Source: a virus (Duplodnaviria; Caudoviricetes). Taken from it: a stretch of DNA of 64,000 bases. Position 1 is the stretch's first letter, and each line of letters starts with the position of its first letter. Made by a program: the position numbers and the translations under genes. The notes beneath the pieces were generated by a model, which was not told where the DNA came from, did not search any database, and saw only the letters and a program-made list of their open reading frames with translations. This document shows, piece after piece, positions 29,228-39,800 of the stretch. The DNA lies in IMG/VR virus record IMGVR_UViG_3300033144_005408, positions 2,107-66,106 of that record; one strand, 5' to 3'.

Positions 29228-29833
29228 ATGGCAACAATTAAAGAGACATTCCAGAGTAATAAAAAAACTGGAGCAAATGTTCCGACCATCGAAAAAGTAC
29301 TTAATTTCATGAGTCCGGTAGGCATGATGGCTTCATCGTATATGGGCCAGCAAAGGAAGGCCGGAGAGCAAAGAGATGAAGCTGCTGGTATTGCCCAAGG
29401 ACAGCTATCTGACCTAAATGCTTTCTATAACAGTGAATACTACAAAGACTATCTTGATACAGCCGAAGCCAGAAGTGCACAATCTCAATTACAATCTCAA
29501 CTAAGAGAAATGCTGAAGGCATATGAGAACAATGCTGTCTCTACCGGAGCCACGCCGGAAGCCAGGATAGCAACCAAAACACAAGGACAACAAAGGTATA
29601 GCGAAGGACTGAATCAGATTCTTGGTCTTGCTACTCAAAATAAGGCTGGCGTGAGGCGTGATTATACGGCTAATGCCAACTATTTGAATTCTCTATTAAT
29701 GAATATTTACGAGCAGAAAGCCGGAGGTCATGAGCAAGTTGCTCAGAACATAGCGGGTACATTTGGCGATATTATAGGAATCGCTGGTAATGTTGTTGGT
29801 GCTGGTGCTGGTACTGCTGTTGGTGCTATATAA
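29228..29833 (+). CDS. internal virion / ejection protein
   Basis: Q/A-rich helical, Gly-rich hydrophobic C-terminus, heads the operon with the giant protein. Confidence 0.55.
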   Translation: MATIKETFQSNKKTGANVPTIEKVLNFMSPVGMMASSYMGQQRKAGEQRDEAAGIAQGQLSDLNAFYNSEYYKDYLDTAEARSAQSQLQSQLREMLKAYENNAVSTGATPEARIATKTQGQQRYSEGLNQILGLATQNKAGVRRDYTANANYLNSLLMNIYEQKAGGHEQVAQNIAGTFGDIIGIAGNVVGAGAGTAVGAI

Positions 29834-29856
29834 TACGGTCTTAAAATTCTAATACA

Positions 29857-30852
29857 ATGGCTACTAATGAAACTATCAAGAATCCATTATCGGAAGGTAT
29901 TGGGGCTTATGATCCGAGCAAGGGCGAAGCCAGGGAAAAGCAATTGCAATATACAGCTATTGGCACTGCTATTGGTAATGTGTTCCGCAGTATGGCTGAT
30001 GTAAAAGGAGCCTCACAGGGTGCTCGGATAGCTCCTATCACAAGCGGTAATCTGGCTTTGGACAGGTATAATGAGGCTATCGAAAGAAATCTGGCCAGAG
30101 AAGATCAGCTTAATGCTTTGCGTCTCCAGGAGACTTTGCGAAGAGGGGCTGAGGATAGGCAATTTGGCAGGCAAAAAGAATTAATACAGTTAGGTCAAAC
30201 CTACCAAACATCTGAGAGAGAAGCTGGTCAGGGATTCCGAACAGGCGAGAGAGAAGCTGGTCAGGGATTTCAGGAGGTAATGGTAGAAGCTGGTCAAGAA
30301 TTCCGAACAGGCGAGAGAGAAGCTGGTCAAGCTTTCCGAACAACTGAGAGAGAAGCATCCGAAAGAGCTGCTCTTGAAAGAATGAAGAAGGGAAGTGAAT
30401 ATAATGTAGAAGAAATTCGGGCCAGGTATGCAGGAATGGCTGAACTTGACAAAACACAATTACCAGCATCCAAGGGATTTATCAACCTTTACAAAAAAGA
30501 TCCTATTACCGGACAAGCTATAAAAGTTGGACCTATTGACGAAGGTCTTGCTCAGGTTTTAGTTTCTGAGATTCTTAAAAATCCTGAAGCCCTTAAAGAA
30601 TGGAAGGCACTTAAAGCCTCTTTTAGTGGTATTACTAACACTGACGTAAAGGGGCTTATAGCAGACCATTGGCATTTAGTAGAGCATTTGGTTTACGGTA
30701 GACAGCCAGTTACAGAAGAAATTGTTGACCCAAATGCAGCCCCGGATCTCACAGGGGCAGGGCAAACCAGTAAGGAGCGAAGGAAAGCACAAAAGGATGC
30801 TGTTAAACAAATTGGTATCTACGATCATATTTTCACCGGAGGAACCAGATAG
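29857..30852 (+). CDS. internal virion / ejection protein with 11-aa repeats
   Basis: T(G/S)EREAGQxF(R/Q) x4-5; 33-bp DNA repeats ~30210-30365. Confidence 0.55.
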   Translation: MATNETIKNPLSEGIGAYDPSKGEAREKQLQYTAIGTAIGNVFRSMADVKGASQGARIAPITSGNLALDRYNEAIERNLAREDQLNALRLQETLRRGAEDRQFGRQKELIQLGQTYQTSEREAGQGFRTGEREAGQGFQEVMVEAGQEFRTGEREAGQAFRTTEREASERAALERMKKGSEYNVEEIRARYAGMAELDKTQLPASKGFINLYKKDPITGQAIKVGPIDEGLAQVLVSEILKNPEALKEWKALKASFSGITNTDVKGLIADHWHLVEHLVYGRQPVTEEIVDPNAAPDLTGAGQTSKERRKAQKDAVKQIGIYDHIFTGGTR

Positions 30853-30869
30853 TCTTAATATAATACGTC

Positions 30870-33800
30870 ATGCCTGAGTTTTTAACAAGTGTTGCACCAA
30901 AACGACTTGGGGGTAGTCCTCAAGATACAGACAGTTTGGATTTTAACCGATTCATGAATAAGTACAGTAGGGAAGATGGCTCAGAGTACAATAATCAACG
31001 AGCTTTTGAGATATATAAAGAGAATCCAGCATGGTTTGATAAAAATATGGTAGAAATGCAAGATGATGGCCCTCACTTTGCTTCAGTAGATCCAAAAACA
31101 GGAGTATTCTTAAAAAGCAAAAACAACCCCACCCTTCAAAAGGAGCTTGACTGGTATAATAGTCCTGAAGGTAGAGATTTTAAATCAAAACACGACCTTG
31201 ATACAAGCGGAGAGTTTTATAGGTATATTCCTAAAAACAGCAAAGAAGCGAGTCCTGACGATGATCCCTTTAAGCCTATTCATCACAAAGAATTCGCATC
31301 CAGATTCAGAACAAAATACCCTGGGGCTTATGATGACCTTGACGACAAACAACTGGCCAATGCTTTTATTGACACCTATCCTGAATACAAACCTTATATT
31401 CAGTTTACCGATCCGGGATCTGCACTTGAATCTGGCGTTAAGCAGTTAAAAGGATCAATGAAATATCTCTCAGGGGATATTCAAGACCTTGTTTCTAATG
31501 AAAAAATTAAGGATCGTCTTTATGAGAGAATTAGTGGAGATGCCTATATCCCAGAAGATCCGCAGTATTACAAGGATGCTTTAACTCAGCTTAAGAAGAA
31601 AAAGAAAGACCTTGATTTTCAATACCAGGAAGTTAGGAAGGAACGAAGCAAAAGACTTCAGGATGCTACTCCTTTTAGTGGAATACCTGGATCTTTCCAG
31701 CAAGAAGCTGAGAAAGATTGGAAAAGACAGCCTGAGTATGATGAGTATTCTGACAAAAACAGTGAGCTGGTTGCTGCTTTGGAAGAAGTCAGGACAATGA
31801 AAAAACTTGTTGAGAAAGGTGGATCTGTTGGAGCCAGAGAAGCAATACGTGATGCTTATATTCTTCCGTCAAAAGGAGAAATCCGTCAGGCTAAAGGCAG
31901 GGCTATCTTAGAAGAGGCTCCTGTTATTGGCGAAGGACTTGGATCACAGGCAATATCTATGATACCTCAGATGCTTCCGATGCTTGCTGCTATCGGTTTA
32001 GCTCCTTTTACCTCTGGAACATCATTGTCTTATCTTCCTGTTGCTGTTAGTAGCGGTGCAATGCTTGGACTGTCGTATTCACAGGCCGGAAGTGCTATGA
32101 AGGGATATGATGACTATGTTGCTGAAAAAGGCATTGAGCCGGACCAGGGAACTCGTTATGGTGTGGCTATGCTTAACGGAGCTATTGAGATGGCTATGGA
32201 AAGCTCCCGTATTGGCAGATTGCTTCCAAAAGGAATGACAGGAAAACTATTCGCCAGGTCACTTATGAGTAGTAATCCTAAATTTGCCAAGAGCGTTATG
32301 GGTAGGTATTTAAAAGCAAAGCCAGGAGCAGCCAAAAAAATAGCTGAAGTATTACGCAGGGGACCAGGTGAAGAAGGGCTGGAGGAATTATTTACTCAGA
32401 TAGGACAAGATTTTACTCAGTTAATATACAAGAACCCTGAAGATTGGCCAACGGTCACTGAATTTATTAAAAATGGGGTTAACGCACTGAAAGCTGGTGC
32501 TATGATGGGGTTATTCCTTGGTGGAGCAGGGCATTTTTCTCAAAATGCTGTTAGTACAAAAAGAAGAAGACAGGCTGGTATTGTTACCCTAATGGAAGAC
32601 ACTTCTACCGGAGGAGCGTATGAAATTATTGGGAAAAATGATCAAGGACAATATGTGGGCATGACTGCTGATGACAGGCAGGTATTTATTAGCCCGGAGA
32701 ATGTTGGAGAGGTGTCTAAGATATCATTTGCTGAATTTGACAAGTTTACCAAAGTATATCCCAAGACAGAAGAAGAAGCTGAAATTCTACGCCAAGACAT
32801 TGAGAAAGCTCAGTTCAAACAAAGCCGTGTTGATGAGGTGAATTCCCATGTGGATATGGTTAGTCATAATAATAACGCTGATGTTATTAAAGTTATGGAT
32901 GACCAGGATGGTATATGGTGGGTAAAAGATGGTGATGTAGATAATGTGACCAAAGAGAATCCTCTTGTCCTGATAGACTCTGATGGTGATACCAGGATGT
33001 CAGACGGAAAAGATATTGAGGTAGTGGATATTTCTACTGTTCCCAAATACCTTGATGTAATAATGGAAGGGCTTAATGCAGAAGCCGGGATTATTACTCA
33101 GGAGCAGCAAGAGCAACCAGAACCTTTCGTTGTAGGTGATCCTGTTACAATGGATGGAGTCCAGGGAGTTATTACTGATGCCTCAGATCCAGCCGAAGGA
33201 CTAACAGTTACTTTTGAGGACGCTGAAGGTAATCAGGACGTACAATTTGTTACCCCGGACCAATATCATAGGTTTCAGCAAGAAGAAGAAGCTATTCCTG
33301 AAGAAGAAGTTGTTTCAGAGCCGGAGGTTAAAAGGCAGACTCTTAAAGCAAAGGCTGGGAAAGGGGACAAAGATGTTAGTGTTATCCAGAACGAAGATGG
33401 CTCTTATCAGGTAGAAGATGTTTTTACAAGCAAGAGCTATGCTGGGGGAATCAAGAATTCTCTGAACAAAAGATATCCTAATACTGTATTTGAGGTAGAA
33501 GATATTACTGACAAGACTTATGATTTTGCAGAGGCACAGTTTATTATTAAGGGTAAGTCGAAGATTACACCAGAGAGAATTCAAACCGGGCAGGAGATAA
33601 CCAAAGAAGAGGTAGTTCTGCCAGTTACCAAACCTGTTGTTGAGGATGCTAAGGTTGGGCCAGAGATAGCGCCTGACGTTACCCCTCAACTAATTATCGA
33701 AGCTCCAACGGAAAAGTTGGATAAACCCACCGAGCCACCAGTAAGACTAAACGATACTCCTGAGAATATTCTTGACCAGGTACAATCTATCAACAAAGAA

Positions 33801-36800
33801 TCCCTGAACAAAAGAAGAAGAACTAATATTACCGGATTAAACAAAAGAGCCACTGATTTAGGGTTAAAACTTGAGCAGGGAGATGGATATTTCCTAAAAC
33901 TGACTGATCAGGAAGGAAAAGAATACAAGCGCAAAGCTGAAAAAGAAGATATTGAGCTGAGAGATCCAGCGGATTATTCTGATAATGTTCAGGATTTTAT
34001 TAACAAGGTCACTCTTAGTATTGATAATCTGCGTGGAGTAGAGATCGGCAAGATGAGTCCAAAAGAAAAAGCTCAGGCAGTCAAAAATATTAAGGACGGA
34101 AAACAAACCAAGGCAGCCACAAGGCTGATGAACGCCCTGGAGGAAATCAATAATAGTGGAAAAGTTCAGTTATTACAAGACAACCAATCCGGAAGGCCAA
34201 GAGAGAAGATCGACTTAGATAACTATATAAGCTCCATCACTGATGAAGACGTTTTTATTGACGATGAAACCGAAATAGAAGTTGATAATCTTGAAATTGA
34301 GAACCTTGTACAAATGCAAGAGTTGGCAGATAACGAAAAAGAGTTTAACTTAGCCAAACAATCCCTTGAATATGAAGAAGAAATTCAAAGATCTGAGCCC
34401 GGAGCAACAAGAGAAGGCATTATTCCTGAAGAGGCGGTTGAAGAAGCTGGCGAAGCTCCAGCAATTGAGACAGAGCCCACAGGTGAAGAAGTAGCTCCTG
34501 AGGCTGCTCCTGAGTTAACTCCTGTCCAACAAAGAGAAGTCACCCAAAGGACTGATGAGCTTGATGAAACCATCAAGCAGAAGAAGAAAGATATTGGTGC
34601 AGCTAAAAGTAGATTACAGGCCAAGAAAAATGAGCTTGCAAAGAGACAGGTAACACAGGCAACCCTTGGAGAAGAACCAAAGCCAACAAAAGCAGCCGGA
34701 GACCTTCTTTTCGAGAAACCCAAAAAAGACTTTTCTCAGGATAATATTAAGTCTGCAATCAGTGATCTTGAAGGAGACCTGGATTCCAGAGCCAGAGAGC
34801 TCAAAGACCTTGTTGAGAAGCGTGATAAGGTAGTAGAGGATATAATTAGCTCTACTAAAGCACAGGGAAGGATTGAGATGCCAGAGAAGCCCGTAAAAGC
34901 GAAAGAGCCTTGGGAAATGACGAAGGATGAGTTTTTTGAAAAACACGCTTCGGTTTCTAAAATAACAGGAGAAAAAGGACATGGAACTGATGCTGTATGG
35001 GAAAGAAAAACATTTAATAATGAATCTGAATTAGAAAATTATGTCAATAACAAAATCGCCAAAGGTAAATATTTTGAGACGCAGCTAGGATACCATGATA
35101 ACATGAAGACATTTAAGGATAATGATAAAGTATTGTGGCTTGTTGAGCATAATATTCCGGGTGGCAGTAAAGAATTTATTATTTCTACAAAAAGAGAGCA
35201 TGAATATTTTATCAAAAAAGCCATATCCGAAGGAGAGCAAGTACCAAAAGAAGTATTAGCCGATTACCCTGAACTATCAAAGACCAAACCAGCAGGAGAT
35301 ATATTAAAGGAAGCTCCAAAGAAAGATGATGATGTCAGACTAAAAACCACAAAGCTAGGTCTATTCTCCCCCACAGAGGCAGCCTTATCTAATATACAAC
35401 AGAACAAAGCTACTCCTGAGCAATGGAAAGCCATGCTGTTAAAAAACGGTGCAAAGCAGGCTGAATTAGATTGGATGGGACTTGATGAATTTATTCAGGA
35501 CAAAAAAAGTCTTACCAAAGAAGATATTCAGGCATGGATTGATTCTAATAAGGTGGAGGTGAAAGAAACTGTCTTAGGTGAAGCAAGTGAAAATGATATA
35601 CAGACCTTATTGGATGATGAAGTTGGCGAAAATATGTCAAGGGAAGATGCAATTGAATATTTAAAAAATGAAGAAGATGCTGTCAAATTCTCCGAACACA
35701 CTCTGCCGGGAGGAAAAAATTACAAAGAGGTGCTTTTAACGATGCCGATTTCAAAAGAAATTAGAAAAGCATATTCTAATTTACACAGTTATGTAGATTA
35801 TCTTGAATCCAAATACCCCAATATTGACAACTTATTTTCAGCTCCTATTTTGGAGAAAACAGCTTCTTTAAGTGAGCAAAAAAAATTAAAAACATTCGTT
35901 GACATCTCTAATAAAGCTGATGAATCAGGACGATTTACCTCTCCACACTTTAAAGAACCCAACATAGCTGTCCACGTAAGAATGAATGACCGTGTAGACA
36001 AAGACGGGAACAGTGTTCTTTTCATAGAAGAGCTGCAATCCGATTGGGCGCAGAAAGGGAAGAAGGAAGGGTTTGGTCCATTAACTGAAACTGAAGAACA
36101 GGAACTAGAAATACTAACCGGCAAATTAGCTGATCTAGAAGTAGGACTAACAGACAAAGAGGGAATTAGGCAATCTTATTTACTTTCTAAAAAAAGAGAT
36201 AAATATGTTCCCGACATGCCATTCAAACAAACCCCTCAATGGGTAGGATTAGCTCTGAAAAGAATGATCCGGGTGGCTTCTGAAGAGGGTTATGATAAGA
36301 TTGCTTGGACCACAGGAGCGCAACAGAGCGAAAGATATGATCTCAGCAAGCAAGTTAGCAGAGTTTACCTTAAACCAACTTGGGAGATTGATAATAAAGG
36401 TGACGGAGCAAAAACTTTGCATAAAGGCGAATTAAGCGTAACTGGTAGAGATGGATCTGATCTTATTCAAAAAACGATCAATAGTGCTTCTGAGTTAGAA
36501 GAATTAATCGGAAAAGATCCTGCTAAAAAACTACTAGAATCACCATCAAGAATGGAAGATGATGTTCATGTACTGGAAGGCGAAGACTTAAAGATCAGCA
36601 GCCGTGGGATGTTAGATTTCTATGATAAGATCATCCCAAGCACTCTGAGTAAGATAACCAAGAAGTTTGGTGGGAAGGTGGAGAAGAGTGAGATTGGAGA
36701 TGCTGAGTCAGAATATAATGTCTTTAGAGTTCCTTATAATAAGGAAAAGCCATTTGAGGTACGCACAAAAACATCACCTGATGCAATAGCTAGGTTCGCA

Positions 36801-39800
36801 ACATATAAAGAGGCATGGGATCACGCAGATAAACTGTCCACGACAACTGTTCACTCTCTCGACATCACACCCGATCTCGGTACAGTAGCAATGGAAAGAG
36901 GTTTTCCAATGTTCAAAAACATCAAGAAACCAAGAACAGCCGGAGAAGTATTGTCTTCTGACTTCAATATCAAAGCTAAAGAATTAGTTGACAGGCTGGG
37001 AAAAGAGCTTGGAACAGATATTATAACCGTTCAAACTGCCAGTAAGCTACCAAAAAGCATTCAGGCAAAGGCTAAAAAGATCACAGCAAAAGGATTCGTG
37101 GGGGTATATGACCGTAACACAAGCAAAGTGTACATTGTACTTGATCAGGCGAATGATCTTGCTGACATCACTAAAACAGTGCTTCATGAGGTTGTTGGAC
37201 ACAAAGGAATAGAAGCTCTTCTGGGGGACCAGTATTACAAGGTGCTTGATGGAATATATAATTCTATGAGCCAAGAGGATGTTAAGAGATTAGGTGCAGC
37301 CAATAACACTAATGATCCTAATATTATTGCTGATGAGTATCTGGCAGAGCAAGCGGAGAATGACAAGAGGCCTGATTTTATTACCAGAGCTATTGCTAAG
37401 ATCAGAGAGATGCTTCGTAGAATATTTGGTATTGAGTATAACAATAATGATATCACTGTTCTTTTGGCTAACTCAAAAAGGGGTTTACAGAAAGTCGCAG
37501 TAGCCAAGAAACCTGCTCCTGTACGAGCCGGGGATATGCTGAAAGAAACAAAAGGCCAGAAGGCACCTGGTTTTAGAATTGTAGGAACAGAAGCATCATT
37601 ATCCGATCCTAAATTAAACAATCGCCTTACTAATGCTATCCGTTTAGAAAAAGAAGGGAAAACGGCTCGTAAAATATTTTTAGCTACCGGATGGGAAAAA
37701 GGGAAAGATGGCCTTTGGAGGATAGATCTGCCTGACAATAACCTAAAGCTAATCAATGTTGATAATTGGCAGAAAGCTTTTAATGCTAATATTGGCAAAA
37801 ATAAGTATATTGGGGGTAAATTAATAGATTACATTTCACCTAAATGGGAGGGCTTTAATGAATACCCGGAAATCAAAGACTACAAAATCAGGTTCTTCCA
37901 AGAAGAAGAGGAAGGAACAGGCATCTACCTCGAAAAAACAATCTTCATCAATACCTTCCGATCTAAAACCAGGGACCTTTCCAAAGGGGTTCTGGGAAAA
38001 GATAGGCATGGGATTTTAAGAAGTGTCATTCTACATGAACTCCAGCATGGGATTCAGGAAATTGAAGGCTTTGCAAAAGGGGCAAATATTAAAAACATAT
38101 TCCCTGAAAATACCTTAAAGAAGTATCAAGGATATTCTAACAAGCAAATATTTGACAGGTTTAATCAAGTTAATCCTAATTGGAAAGAGCAATACCCCAC
38201 ACTTGAATCTGGTATTATTGATGGATCGCAAAAATCAAAAGCAATAACAATACTAGCTTATTTAGATGTAAGTGGCGAAGTTGAGGCTCGTAATGTAGTT
38301 GCCAGAGATAAAATGTCTGAGACTATTCGTAAGCTAACCCCTATCTCCGAAACAGAAGACACCCCAAGAAGCAAACAGCGTGCAGGGGATATGCTCAAAG
38401 GAGAAGTTGCGCTGAAGCAGGAAAAGAAAGCTGAGGATAAAACATATAGAGAATACCCTAAAGATAAAAACCTTGACCTATTTGAAAGAAACCAAGAAAA
38501 AGAAAACCTACCACTAACACACTCATCTGTCCATTTTGAATATGAGCCGGGATTAAGGCATATTTATAAAGACCCTACTTCTTATGATGAAGTTCAGGCT
38601 ATTTATGACAAACAAGGGTATTTGAATGAGGGGTATTTGCCTAATCATTATGACCCCAGTGATTTTCAGCTAAAAGAAGGATATGTAGCCGCCAGAAACA
38701 GTAGTGATACTGAGACTCCTGGTGTTTATGGTACAGCAACCTCAGATGACTTTGTTGTGTATTTTGAAGGAGAACACATTGCTGATATTTACGATGGTGT
38801 CATTGCGAAAGTTGTTAAGCCGTTGGATGTTTGGGAAAAAACAGGAAGAGAGTTTAAGCAAATAAAAAAAGCTCCCATTTCAGTTGCGCTGAAAGCAAAG
38901 CCACAAACAGAGACACCAGCCTTTCAGAAATGGTTTGGAAAATCTAAGGTGGTGGATAAGAATGGGAAGCCTTTAGTGGTTTATCATGGGACGAAAGGAG
39001 TGTTTAATGCTTTTACCAGAGAATCTAAAGGAAAAACAGGAGATTTTGGACAAATAGGTTCAGGGTTTTATTTTACAAATGACTTTGAAAACGCTAGAAA
39101 TTACGCTAGAAATTCAGAGGGAGTAGGAAGTCTTGATGTTAAAGAGGTCTATCTTAATATTAGAAATCCATTCATACAAAACAAGCCATTTGATTCAACG
39201 AGACCTGTTAGTAAAGAAAAAGCTGAAAAAGTGGCAGAAGATTTACAAAGGAAAGGTTATGATGGTATTAAATATGATACCGGATTTGGACCTACATGGC
39301 ATGTTGCCTTTTCCCCTACCCAAATAAAATCAGCCACAGGAAACATCGGAACTTTTGACCCAAAAAGTCCTGACATAAGACTAAAGCCTATTCCAGAAAA
39401 ACCTGTTAAGGTAAAAAGAAGAGTTTTGGCCGGGGATATGTTGAAAGATGATAAGCCTCCAACAACTGGTCCTCCAGCAAAACTTCCCCCCGTTACTTCT
39501 GAAAATGCTTCTTGGGAGCCTTCACTAGAACCAATAGACCTTAGTTCCAGAGAGAAGGTTATGAAAGTTCTTCAGGACAGAGAGATGGCTATCAAGAAGT
39601 TCCAGGAAAAGGTAGTAGAAAAAGGCGGTGAGATTCCTGAATACATGGAGCTACATGATGCTATCCCAAGAGCAGCAGGTCAGAACAGAACAGCTATTGA
39701 GGATTTTAATGAGAAACTTGGAAAACCTCTTCTTCAATCTATTGCTGACATAGAGAATGAGACAGGCGTGGGTTATGCCAGAACATCAGATTATCTTTAT

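Noticed and set aside
30210-30365. CRISPR array
   Set aside because: Repeats are contiguous, codon-phased and coding, with no spacers
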